A stretch of DNA of 64,000 bases from Candidatus Xenobia bacterium. GTDB taxonomy: Bacteria > Vulcanimicrobiota > Xenobia > Xenobiales > QWHO01. The DNA lies in NCBI GenBank assembly GCA_045863235.1, contig BTUM01000002.1, forward strand, positions 1-64,000, read 5' to 3'. Of the stretch, positions 29,487-38,370 are shown piece after piece; position 1 is the first letter of the stretch, and each line of letters starts with the position of its first letter. The notes under the pieces were generated by a model that saw only the letters and a list, made by a program, of their open reading frames with translations, did no database searches and was not told the origin of the DNA. The position numbers and the translations under genes are program-made.

Positions 29487-29556
29487 GAGAAATCCTCCCA
29501 CAGGCGCACGCTAAAGGGTTCGCTATCAGAGCCGGTCAAGTCCTTCACGACAGGGC

Positions 29557-30024
29557 TCAGCGCGGCCCGAGCTCGCGAACCCTCATCCCCCGTATCTTGC
29601 CTTCGGCCAGCTCGAGCAAAACCACCGTCTTCACCTGGTGGATTCCCTCCCTCCCGCAGGCCCCGGGGTTGAGCGAGAGCCAGCGCCCCTGGCGCGCTTC
29701 AACGATATGGGAATGTCCGAAACAGAAGAGGTCAGGCGGGTCGGCCGCCAGCAGCTTGCGGGCCCGCGCGTCCAAGATGTGGGTCATGAGCACGCGCACC
29801 CCTTCCACCTCGAAGCGAAGATCGCGAGGGAACCGGCGTCTCACCGCCTGGTCGTCGATGTTCCCGCAGACCCCGCGCAGGGGGATACCCAGCGACTCAA
29901 GCTTGCCAACCAGCTCCATCCCTCCGAAGTCGCCCGCGTGCCACAGCTCGTCGCACCCCTGCAGCGCCTGCCCAAGCAGGGGGTCAAAGTGGCCGTGCGT
30001 ATCCGACAAGACTCCGACGAGCAT
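29557..30024 (-). CDS. YfcE-family metallophosphoesterase
   Basis: LSDTHG, HAGDFG, GNID, GHSH, LNPGA. Confidence 0.9.
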   Translation of the reverse strand: MLVGVLSDTHGHFDPLLGQALQGCDELWHAGDFGGMELVGKLESLGIPLRGVCGNIDDQAVRRRFPRDLRFEVEGVRVLMTHILDARARKLLAADPPDLFCFGHSHIVEARQGRWLSLNPGACGREGIHQVKTVVLLELAEGKIRGMRVRELGPR

Positions 30025-30067
30025 GCGGGGCGCAGGTTCCCCTCGCGGCAGCCCGAACCCTGGGTCG

Positions 30068-31204
30068 ATGGAGGTTCCTGACCAGAAGAACCTGTTCGTG
30101 CTCGGCGCCCTGGAGCGCAACGTTTCCATCTACCTGCAGCAGGTGCGGGCCCTCAACCTGGCCTGGGATCTGGGGCGGCGCGGCCCGGTGGCCGTCATCG
30201 GAGGGGGGTTCGCCGGCCTCACGGCGGCCGCCGGGCTCACCGCACTGGGCACCCGGGCGGTGGTCTTCGAGCGCCAGGACCAGCTGCTCAAGCTCCAGCG
30301 GGGCAATCGGGTGCGCTGGATCCACCCTCACATCCACGAGTGGCCCCGCCCCGGCGCGGAGGATCCACGCGCCGGGCTGCCCTTGATGGACTGGCAGGCC
30401 GGTTACGCCGGCGACGTGGCCGAGAGCCTGCTCGCCCAGGTCGACTTCGAGGTGCGCCTCAACTCCCGGGTGACCCTGGAGACCGGCTGGAAAGTCAACG
30501 CCGAGAGCTTCGAAGCGGTCATCCTGGCGGTGGGGCTGGGGGTGGAGAAGACCTTTGGCAACCTGCCCTTGCTCTCTTACTGGCTCGACCGCGACATCGA
30601 GGCAGGTGGGCGTGTCTTCATTTCCGGGTGCGGCGAAGGTGGGCTGATCGACGCACTCTACCTCAAGCTGACAGACTTCCGCCACGACCGGGTCGTCAGC
30701 GAGTGCCTGAGCGGCCTGGACGAGCTGAAAGCCCGCCTGCTCGAGCTCGAGGATGGCCTGGAGAACGCCGATCCTGTCGAGGCAGGGCAGAAGCTGACCA
30801 GGGCTTACGCAACCCTGGCCGTGCCCGAGAAGGTGGACGCGTGTCTCGCCGCCCGCCTGCGCAAAGATACCGACGTGGTTCTGAACAGCCCGAGCAGCCA
30901 CTTTCTTACCAACAAGGCAGACATTCTCAACCGCTTTCTGATCAGCCGGCTGCACCGGATGGGAGCGGTGGCCCACGTCCCGGGCAAGCTCCAGAGCATC
31001 GAACCAGAGGGAGAGCGTTGGCGAGTTCAGCTCGATACCGGGCTGGACGAGCCCTACGATCGCGTGCTCGTCCGCCACGGCACCGTGCCGGCCCTCAAGT
31101 CGGAGTTCGCTCGCTGGTGGGAGCCCTATCTGGCCGTGCGTAAGGAACGCCCCTTCGAGGTTCCGGTGCCACGCTTTCAGTTTTCTTTGGGCCGCCACAG
31201 CTAA
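30068..31204 (+). CDS. FAD/NAD(P)-dependent oxidoreductase
   Basis: VAVIGGGFAGLTAA, RWIHPHIHEWP, ISGCGEGGLID, VLVRHG. Confidence 0.8.
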   Translation: MEVPDQKNLFVLGALERNVSIYLQQVRALNLAWDLGRRGPVAVIGGGFAGLTAAAGLTALGTRAVVFERQDQLLKLQRGNRVRWIHPHIHEWPRPGAEDPRAGLPLMDWQAGYAGDVAESLLAQVDFEVRLNSRVTLETGWKVNAESFEAVILAVGLGVEKTFGNLPLLSYWLDRDIEAGGRVFISGCGEGGLIDALYLKLTDFRHDRVVSECLSGLDELKARLLELEDGLENADPVEAGQKLTRAYATLAVPEKVDACLAARLRKDTDVVLNSPSSHFLTNKADILNRFLISRLHRMGAVAHVPGKLQSIEPEGERWRVQLDTGLDEPYDRVLVRHGTVPALKSEFARWWEPYLAVRKERPFEVPVPRFQFSLGRHS

Positions 31205-31207
31205 CCT
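31175..31207 (+). promoter_or_regulatory. TTTCAGG direct-repeat promoter, probably leaderless
   Basis: TTTCAGT-tttc-TTTGGGC-N9-TAACCT-N6-GTG(31214). Confidence 0.62.
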
Positions 31208-31213
31208 GGCAGA

Positions 31214-32086
31214 GTGAGGATCCCTACCCTGACCGGTCCGGTTTCATTCCAGGAGATGCGCTCGACCCTGGATGCGCGTATGACCGAGTGCGCCGCGCAA
31301 ATCGAAAAAGACCTCCCCGCCTGGGATCAGCTCACCCGCGAGAAGCTCGATGCGGTCAGCGAGCTGGCCTGCTCGCTCTCCCCCACCAACTCAGTCGAGG
31401 TCAAGCAGAGCATGCGCACCGCTCTGTGGGAGCTTCGTCAGGCCCTGGAGGCGGGCGCGGCCGAGTCGCTGGGCGCTCACCCGGGCAGCCGTCCCGAGGT
31501 GCGCAAGGCGCTCGAGAAAGTGCGTACCATCGCCCTGGACAACTCCTTCGAGGGGGCCGCTCGTTTCCCCAGGGAAGTTGTCGGCGTGCGCTGCGGCATC
31601 GACGCCATCCCCAATTTTCGTGAGGCGTCCCCGGGCATTTACCGGGGCGGCCAGCCCACCCAGGAGGGCGTGGACTGGCTGATCGCCCGCGGAGTCAGGA
31701 CGGTGGTGGACCTGCGTGGCTCTGATCAGCACAGTCCCTTCTGCCAGTGGGATCCGCCCAGCTGGAAGGGTGTGCAGCACGTCAATATCCAGGTGGAGGA
31801 CTACCAGACCCCCAGCCATGAGGAGTTGGCCCGGTTCATCACTCTGGCCGACCAGGCCTCGCCCGACAACCCGATGTTCTTGCACTGCAAGGCCGGCATC
31901 GGCCGCACCGGCACCATGATCGCCTGCTGGCGCATCACCAGGGGTTGGACCGCCGAGGAGGCAGTCCAGGCCGAGCGGCTGCACTCCTACGACGCCAGCT
32001 TCCGCCAGGAAGAGTTCGTGCGCAATTTCGAGCAACTCTGGAAAAGTGGCCAGTTTGCAGGAAAAATGGCCGCTGTTAACGACTAG
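31214..32086 (+). CDS. Cys-based dual-specificity/tyrosine phosphatase with helical N-terminal domain
   Basis: PNFREASPGIYRGGQP, VVDLR, HCKAGIGRTG (CX5R). Confidence 0.9.
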   Translation: MRIPTLTGPVSFQEMRSTLDARMTECAAQIEKDLPAWDQLTREKLDAVSELACSLSPTNSVEVKQSMRTALWELRQALEAGAAESLGAHPGSRPEVRKALEKVRTIALDNSFEGAARFPREVVGVRCGIDAIPNFREASPGIYRGGQPTQEGVDWLIARGVRTVVDLRGSDQHSPFCQWDPPSWKGVQHVNIQVEDYQTPSHEELARFITLADQASPDNPMFLHCKAGIGRTGTMIACWRITRGWTAEEAVQAERLHSYDASFRQEEFVRNFEQLWKSGQFAGKMAAVND

Positions 32087-32122
32087 ATCCCCCACCAATC
32101 AAAGACAGGTGGGGCTGCTAAA

Positions 32123-32584
32123 GTGATACAGTTCGAATCTCCCGCACAAAAGGCGACCTTCGAGAAGATCGTCCCCTGGATGAAAGACCTCTTCGGCTCC
32201 TTTGCCGGCCAGCGCGAGGACGCGCCTGCCTTCAGCGTCTCGGTCGGCTCAGCCATGGCCCTCACTATGGTCTACCCCTGGCGCGATGAGGAGGCGGTCA
32301 TCTCCACCCGGGCCTGGGTGGTCACCGGCGCCGAGCTGACCCCTGAGTTGATGCACTATCTGCTCCGCGAGAACGACCGCATGAGCTTTGGAGCCTTCGG
32401 CATCGATCCCGACGGGGACATCTTCTTCGAGCACACCATCCTGGGCTCGACCTGCGACCAGCCCGAGCTGAAGAGCTCGGTGCTCTCGGTCGTGCTGGTG
32501 GCCGACGAGTATGACGACGAGATCGTCTCGCGCTGGGGCGGCCAGCGGGCCATCGACCGGGTGGCCAAGACGGCTCCGGCCTAG
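32123..32584 (+). CDS. YbjN / type III chaperone (CesT)-like protein
   Basis: Small acidic protein; LLRENDRMSFGAFGIDPDGDIFFEHTI, ADEYDDEIVSRWGG. Confidence 0.75.
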   Translation: MIQFESPAQKATFEKIVPWMKDLFGSFAGQREDAPAFSVSVGSAMALTMVYPWRDEEAVISTRAWVVTGAELTPELMHYLLRENDRMSFGAFGIDPDGDIFFEHTILGSTCDQPELKSSVLSVVLVADEYDDEIVSRWGGQRAIDRVAKTAPA

Positions 32585-32592
32585 GAGTCGCC

Positions 32593-35103
32593 ATCCCCCC
32601 CGAGGTTCTGGCCCCCGCGGGCGACCAGGAATCGCTGGCAGCCGCTCTGGCGGCCGGGGCCGACGCGGTGTATTTCGGCCTGGACGAGGGCTTCAACGCC
32701 CGTGCCCGGGCCGAAAACTTTTCCCTGGCCAACCTGGCCGAGACCGTGGAGGTCATCCACCGGGCTGGGGCGCGAGCTTACCTCACGCTGAACACGCTGG
32801 TCTTCCAGAGCGAGCTGGCGGCCATTGACCGCATTCTGCGCCAGGTGGCGCAAAGTGGCGTGGACGCCCTGATCGTGCAGGACCCGGCCGTAGCGCTGCT
32901 GGCTCGGGCCATCTGCCCCGAGCTCGAGCTGCATGCCAGCACCCAGATGACCATCTCCAGCGCCGAGGGAGCGCTCTTTGCCGAGACGCTGGGCATCACC
33001 CGGGTGGTGGTGCCCCGCGAGCTGTCCGTCAACGAGATCCGGCGCCTGCGCCAGCAGACGAAGCTCGAGCTGGAGGTCTTCATCCTGGGAGCCCTGTGCG
33101 TCTCCTGGAGTGGCCAGTGCCTGTCCAGCGAGGCCTGGGGCGGGCGCTCGGCCAACCGCGGCCAGTGTGCCCAGGCCTGCCGGATGCCTTACGAGCTGGT
33201 GGTGGACGGGGTGACCCGCCCCCTGGGCGACGTGGCTTACCTCCTCAGCCCCAAAGACCTGGCCGGGTTCCGGGCCGTGCCCGAGCTGGCCGAGCTGGGC
33301 ATCCACACCCTCAAGATCGAAGGACGCCAGAAGGGGCCTACGTACGTGCGCACGGCCGTGGAGAGCATGCGCCGCTGGGTGGACGCGGTGACCCGCGGCC
33401 TGACCCGACCCGACGAGGAGCAGCTGGCCCGGGACGTGCGCGACCTGACTCTGGCCTACTCGCGCGGCTTCTCGGACGGCTTTCTGGCGGGCAGCGACCA
33501 CCAGAACCTGGTGGAGGGGCGCTTCCCACGCCACCGGGGCCTCTACCTGGGGCGCGTGACCGCGCTGGGGCCAGACCGGGTGCTGGTGGATCCGACCCCC
33601 GAGCCGGAGCGAGCGGCGCTGGGGGAGGTGTCCTCTCCCCTGCCCGCCTTCGGGGGCACCACCTCCTCGCTGGCAATCGCCCCGCTCGACCTCAAACCGG
33701 GGATGGGAGTGCTGTTCGATGAGGGCAAGCCCCAGGCCGAGGAGCAGGGGGGACCGATCTTTCGGGTGGATCGCACCCACGAGGGCCTCTGGCTGGGCTT
33801 TGGCCGGCCCGGCCCCGATCTCGCCCGAGTGAGCCCCGGAGCGCGGGTGTGGGTCACCAGCGACCCCTCACTGCAGCGCAAGGGCAGCCGTCCTGCGGCC
33901 GGACGCAGCCGGCTCTTCGTGCGCGCCGAAGGCAAGCTGGGCGAGCCCCTGCGTCTTCACTGCCGGGGGGTCAGGGTTCAAAGCGACTCGGGGCTGCAGA
34001 AAGCCACCACCCGCGGACTCGAGCAGGGCGTGCTGGAGGAGAAGTTGGGCGAGCTGGGCGGCACCCCCTATCACCTGGGCCAGCTCGATCTGAGCGGGCT
34101 CGAACCGGGATTGTTTCTGCCTGTCAGCCAGCTCAAGAGTCTGCGCCGCGAGCTCTGTGATCAGCTCGACCAGCGAACCAGGCGCCAGGTGGCCTCCGAG
34201 GAGGTCTGGCCGCAGTTGCAGGAATCTCTGCGACTGCCCGTCGGACAGCGTGTCACGCCCCGGCTGGTGGCTCTGTGCCGCACCCACGAGCAGCTGGAAG
34301 CGGTGATCGAGTCGGGAGCAAGCGAGGTCATCCTGGACTGGATGGAGCTGGTGGGCCTGGGCCAGGCAGTCCGCAGGGCGCGAGAGCAAGGCCTGAAGGT
34401 CGGCATCGCCACCGTGCGGGTGCAAAAGCCCGGCGAGGAGGTCTACGACAAGCGCATCCGGGCGCTTTCGCCCGATCTGTTGCTGGTGCGCCACTGGGCG
34501 GGAGTGATGCACCCTTATGGCGACAACCGCCCTGGCGAGCTGGTGGGCGACTTCTCGCTCAACGTGACCAACGCCCTGACTGCCTTCCACCTCCTTCGCC
34601 TGGGGCTCGACCGCCTGACCGTGGCCCACGACCTGGACGAGCACCAGCTCGAGGCGCTGCTCTCTGAGGTACCGCCCGAGCGCACCGCGGTGGTGGTCCA
34701 CCAGCACATTCCCACCTTTCACACCGAGCACTGCGTCTACTCCAACCTGCTCAGCCAGGGGCGCGACTACCGTAGCTGCGGCCGTCCCTGCGAGCAGCAC
34801 CAGGTGGCCCTGACCGACCACCTGGGCAAATCGCACCCGGTGGTGGTGGACGTGGGCTGCCGCAACACGGTCTTCAACGCCGCCGCCCAGAGCGCGGCCT
34901 GGCTCGTGCCCCGTCTCCTCGAGCAGGGAGTGGGCGAGCTGCGCCTCGAGTTCGTGCGCGAGTCGCGCTCGGAGACGCTGGACGTCTTGCAAGCCTACAG
35001 CGATCTGATCGCCGGCCGGGCCCAGCCAGCCGAGGTGGTGCGCCGGGTTGGCTCGCACGAGCAGTTCGGGGTGACGCGAGGCACCATGAAGGTGCTGCGG
35101 TGA
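32593..35103 (+). CDS. U32 family protein with DUF3656 (RlhA-like), probable ATC start
   Basis: PEVLAPAG...GADAVYFG N-terminus, HASTQM, LCVSWSGQC, NRGQCAQACR, LKIEGR; AGGAG at 32583-32587 precedes in-frame ATC. Confidence 0.9.
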   Translation: MPPEVLAPAGDQESLAAALAAGADAVYFGLDEGFNARARAENFSLANLAETVEVIHRAGARAYLTLNTLVFQSELAAIDRILRQVAQSGVDALIVQDPAVALLARAICPELELHASTQMTISSAEGALFAETLGITRVVVPRELSVNEIRRLRQQTKLELEVFILGALCVSWSGQCLSSEAWGGRSANRGQCAQACRMPYELVVDGVTRPLGDVAYLLSPKDLAGFRAVPELAELGIHTLKIEGRQKGPTYVRTAVESMRRWVDAVTRGLTRPDEEQLARDVRDLTLAYSRGFSDGFLAGSDHQNLVEGRFPRHRGLYLGRVTALGPDRVLVDPTPEPERAALGEVSSPLPAFGGTTSSLAIAPLDLKPGMGVLFDEGKPQAEEQGGPIFRVDRTHEGLWLGFGRPGPDLARVSPGARVWVTSDPSLQRKGSRPAAGRSRLFVRAEGKLGEPLRLHCRGVRVQSDSGLQKATTRGLEQGVLEEKLGELGGTPYHLGQLDLSGLEPGLFLPVSQLKSLRRELCDQLDQRTRRQVASEEVWPQLQESLRLPVGQRVTPRLVALCRTHEQLEAVIESGASEVILDWMELVGLGQAVRRAREQGLKVGIATVRVQKPGEEVYDKRIRALSPDLLLVRHWAGVMHPYGDNRPGELVGDFSLNVTNALTAFHLLRLGLDRLTVAHDLDEHQLEALLSEVPPERTAVVVHQHIPTFHTEHCVYSNLLSQGRDYRSCGRPCEQHQVALTDHLGKSHPVVVDVGCRNTVFNAAAQSAAWLVPRLLEQGVGELRLEFVRESRSETLDVLQAYSDLIAGRAQPAEVVRRVGSHEQFGVTRGTMKVLR

Positions 35104-35471
35104 GCCCCCGACTGGCACTGGGAGTGGCCGCTGGCCTGACCACCCTGGGCCTGGCGGGGTGGCTCTTCCTTCGCCACCAGTTCAACGCCCAGACCTCCAG
35201 CCGCGAGCGCGAGTGCGAGACTTCGATCCGCACCATCGTCAGCGCCATCGAGCTCTATCGCACCCACAATCCGCGCGTGCCCGAGCGACTCGAGCAACTG
35301 ATCCCTCGCTATCTGCCCGAGATCCCTCGCTGCCCGAAGGCAAAAAAGGACACCTACTCGGAGAGCTACCTGGTCTATCGGGCCAAATACACCCTGTTCT
35401 GTCGCGGGCACCACCATCGGCACGAGAACCGGCCCGCCTTCAGCAAGACACAAGGCTGGATTCGCGAGTGA
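35100..35471 (+). CDS. Membrane-anchored hypothetical protein (pseudopilin-like)
   Basis: N-terminal TM, C...I.SAIELY, P..LEQLIP.YL..IP.CP pattern; GTGA overlap. Confidence 0.6.
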   Translation: MSPRLALGVAAGLTTLGLAGWLFLRHQFNAQTSSRERECETSIRTIVSAIELYRTHNPRVPERLEQLIPRYLPEIPRCPKAKKDTYSESYLVYRAKYTLFCRGHHHRHENRPAFSKTQGWIRE

Positions 35472-35860
35472 AGATTCTGGCAGTGCTGACGCTCATCTGC
35501 CTGTGCACGCTGGGCTTTTTCTTCCTGGCGACCCGCCCGGTCAACCGGGTGGTCAAGACCTGGTCGTCCCCCGATGGGCAGTATCACCTGACCGTCCTCC
35601 AAACCGACCGGGACTTTCGGGGCTTCCCCCTGGACGTGCGAGCCCGCTATGCGGTCTACGTGGGGCGCGAGGCGGGCCAGCCCACCTACGGCCACCTGGT
35701 GGACTACAGCTTCACTCCCAAGAGCGCTGACGCCCTGGGCGCCATCGAGCGCGACATCGAGCGCTGCCAGGTGGAGTGGGGCCAGAGCGGGGTCAGCCTG
35801 ACCGCTCCCTCGGGGCACACCTTGCTCATTCCCCGCTCGGCCTACGAGGGTGGACGCTAA
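35468..35860 (+). CDS. Membrane-anchored hypothetical protein
   Basis: GTG start overlapping the previous stop; hydrophobic N-terminus. Confidence 0.62.
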   Translation: MKILAVLTLICLCTLGFFFLATRPVNRVVKTWSSPDGQYHLTVLQTDRDFRGFPLDVRARYAVYVGREAGQPTYGHLVDYSFTPKSADALGAIERDIERCQVEWGQSGVSLTAPSGHTLLIPRSAYEGGR

Positions 35861-35877
35861 TGTGCTCGCACTTTAGC

Positions 35878-36477
35878 TCAGACCGGAGACGGCGCTCGTG
35901 AAGCGGAGCGGGCCACCTGCTCGAGGTTGTCCAGCGCCGCACGGCCGGCCGCCAGCTGAAGATGACGGGCTAGAGGCAAGACCGGCTGCAAAATCGGCCA
36001 GCGCGGGCGCGACCAGGCGAAGATCAGGACCCGCACCTCACCGGTGGCGTGGCGCTTGAGCACCGAGAAGGTCTCCTCGCCTTGCTCGGGATGGCCTTCC
36101 AGGGTCTGGTAGGTGAAGCCGCTGCTCCACCAGCCGTCGGCCAGCTGGCGGGTGAAGACCCGCACCACCCGGCTGGCGAAGAAGAGGTCGAGTCCAGGCA
36201 GGAAATGGTAGCGCAGGCCCACCGCGTCGCCGGGCTGGACCGCCCGGCGCAGCACCGGCTTGCCCACCCGGGCGGGAAAGATCTCATAGCTGAGAATCGC
36301 TCGGGCCACACGGGTGAACGGACCCTCAGCTTCCGGCTCACCCGGTGACTCGACGGCCACGATGCGCTCATGACGGTCGTGAAAGGCGTTGGCCGGGGGG
36401 GGGCCGGCAGAGCCAGAGGCCAGGGACCGATCCTCCCAGCTCTCCAGGCGGGCCTTCATAAAAGGCAAGAGGAACAT
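35878..36477 (-). CDS. DUF1990-family protein
   Basis: GFTYQTLEGHPEQGEETF, IFAWSRP. Confidence 0.8.
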   Translation of the reverse strand: MFLLPFMKARLESWEDRSLASGSAGPPPANAFHDRHERIVAVESPGEPEAEGPFTRVARAILSYEIFPARVGKPVLRRAVQPGDAVGLRYHFLPGLDLFFASRVVRVFTRQLADGWWSSGFTYQTLEGHPEQGEETFSVLKRHATGEVRVLIFAWSRPRWPILQPVLPLARHLQLAAGRAALDNLEQVARSASRAPSPV

Positions 36478-37490
36478 CAGCCGGTGTATTTGGAGAACGC
36501 CACCCGGTTGCGCCCCTCGCGCTTGGCCCGATAGAGGGCTTCGTCGGCGGCCTGCACCAGCGCTTGCTGGACCACGTTCACCGGATTGTCGGCAGCGGCC
36601 ACTCCCAGGCTGATGGTGACGGGAATCGAGCCCACGTCGCTCTTGACCGGCTCCTCGGCCACCAGCTGGCGGATGCGCTCGGCCACCAGCACCGCCTGAC
36701 CACCGGGTGTGTCGGGCAGCACGATGAGAATCTCTTCTCCACCGTAGCGCCCCACCGCATCTTGAGCCCTGAGAACGGCCCCGATGCGCCGGCTCACCTC
36801 CCGCAACACGGCGTCGCCAGCCAGGTGGCCATAGTTGTCATTGATGGACTTGAAGTGATCCAGGTCGCCCAGGATGATGGCCAGCGGGGCTCGTGTCTTG
36901 CTGGATTTCTCGGCCTCGATACCCAGGAACTCGAAGATGGAGCCCCGATTGCGCAAGCCTGTGAGAGGGTCGTGGTTGGCCTGAAAATGGAGCTGCTTGT
37001 TGACCTCTTCCAGCTGCTGCTGCTGGGCCTTGGAGATCAGCACGCCGCCGGCGAAGGCCAACGCCTCGGCGGCCATGGTCAGGAGCAGACCGGCAGGCCC
37101 CAGGGCAAAGGCTCCTGCCGCGGCGCCTGCCAGCAGCCCTCCCACGGCCAGGGCTCGGGCCACCGTGGGGCGCGACCAGACCGCTTTGGGGTCGGTCTGT
37201 TTGGCGGCTTCCTTGGCGGGAGCCGCTTCCTTGGAAGAGCCCAATCCCTCCATGAACGCCAGCAGATTCAGGGCCGAGGGCGCCTGGGACTCATTCTCAA
37301 CCGGTTGGTGACTGACCGGCATGTCGTGAGCGGTAGGCAGCATCTCCGGGCCGGAATTGGGAACGCCACCGATCCGGGAGGCCGCTAACCCCTGATTCAG
37401 GGCGGAAACGGAGGCAGAGCTGGCGGCGTCGCTGGCTTCGCCGGCTCGCTTGGTGCCATCCAATTGGCCGAGTTTGCGCAACTCATCCAC
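36477..37490 (-). CDS. Membrane diguanylate cyclase (GGEEI) with low-complexity N-terminus
   Basis: HDPLTGLRNR, DLDHFKSINDNYGHLAGD, RAQD I-site, GRYGGEEI, ADEALYRAK; start GTG 37490 is uncertain. Confidence 0.88.
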   Translation of the reverse strand: MDELRKLGQLDGTKRAGEASDAASSASVSALNQGLAASRIGGVPNSGPEMLPTAHDMPVSHQPVENESQAPSALNLLAFMEGLGSSKEAAPAKEAAKQTDPKAVWSRPTVARALAVGGLLAGAAAGAFALGPAGLLLTMAAEALAFAGGVLISKAQQQQLEEVNKQLHFQANHDPLTGLRNRGSIFEFLGIEAEKSSKTRAPLAIILGDLDHFKSINDNYGHLAGDAVLREVSRRIGAVLRAQDAVGRYGGEEILIVLPDTPGGQAVLVAERIRQLVAEEPVKSDVGSIPVTISLGVAAADNPVNVVQQALVQAADEALYRAKREGRNRVAFSKYTG

Positions 37491-37572
37491 GATACGCTCA
37501 GATTCGCGTTCGTTGCCAGAGTGACCTTTCCCGAGCGGGATTTGCGCGTTGATGCGAGAATGCCAGGGCGCC

Positions 37573-38346
37573 ATGAAACGAACTCTGCTTTTCCTGCTCC
37601 TCGCCCTGACGACCACCCTCCAGGCAGCCGCGCCGGTCAGACGTCTGGTGGTGGGCTTTGCGCCCAGGGACACCTTTGATTTCAACCTGGTGGCCGGCTT
37701 CGACCGGGGCCGGGGCTGGCGCGACGCCGACACCATCATGGGGATGGTCGGCACACGCCAGTACACCATCTGCACCCTGACCGGGAACCTCGGCACGGTG
37801 GAGGGATCTCAACCCCGCGTGCGGGGTGAGAACGGGGTGCAGGGGCGGCTGACTCGCAAACTCTATCGCGATGCGGTGCTCCTCAACGGGGACATGCCCG
37901 ATCTGGCCCCGGTCAAGGAGACCGACAGTCAGGACCCGGTCGCCCACCAGGCGGTGGCCGCCTTTCTGAGCGGCCAGGGGGTCCAGGTGCAAAAGCCGAC
38001 CCTGTCTCAGAATCTGCGCGTCGATCTGGACGCAGATGGCCAGGCCGAGTACCTGGTGGCAGCCACCCACCGTGACCCCTACGGCCCGGACAAGAAGCCG
38101 GATGAGTATTCCCTGCTGGCCATCGTCAAGAACGGCCAGGTGACGCCCCTGTTCTTCCAGAGCCAGAAAGTGCAGCCCGACCTCCCCTGGGAGGACCAGC
38201 AGGTCCTGCTGGTGGCCAACCTGGACGGTCAGGGCGGACCCGAGATCGTCAGCCGCTACGAGTATTACGAGGGCGGCGGGGTGGTGATCATGGGCCAGGT
38301 GCAGGGCGCCTGGAAGGACGTGGCCAGGACCGACTGGGGTCTTTGA
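37573..38346 (+). CDS. Exported hypothetical protein (FG-GAP-like DxDGxxE loops)
   Basis: Signal peptide; VDLDADGQAEYLV, ANLDGQGGPEIV. Confidence 0.72.
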   Translation: MKRTLLFLLLALTTTLQAAAPVRRLVVGFAPRDTFDFNLVAGFDRGRGWRDADTIMGMVGTRQYTICTLTGNLGTVEGSQPRVRGENGVQGRLTRKLYRDAVLLNGDMPDLAPVKETDSQDPVAHQAVAAFLSGQGVQVQKPTLSQNLRVDLDADGQAEYLVAATHRDPYGPDKKPDEYSLLAIVKNGQVTPLFFQSQKVQPDLPWEDQQVLLVANLDGQGGPEIVSRYEYYEGGGVVIMGQVQGAWKDVARTDWGL

Positions 38347-38370
38347 TGCGATACGAAAACTGCAAGCACA

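Noticed and set aside
29597..30067. N-terminal extension of the oxidoreductase ORF
   Set aside because: It is the antisense of the YfcE phosphoesterase; true start is likely 30068
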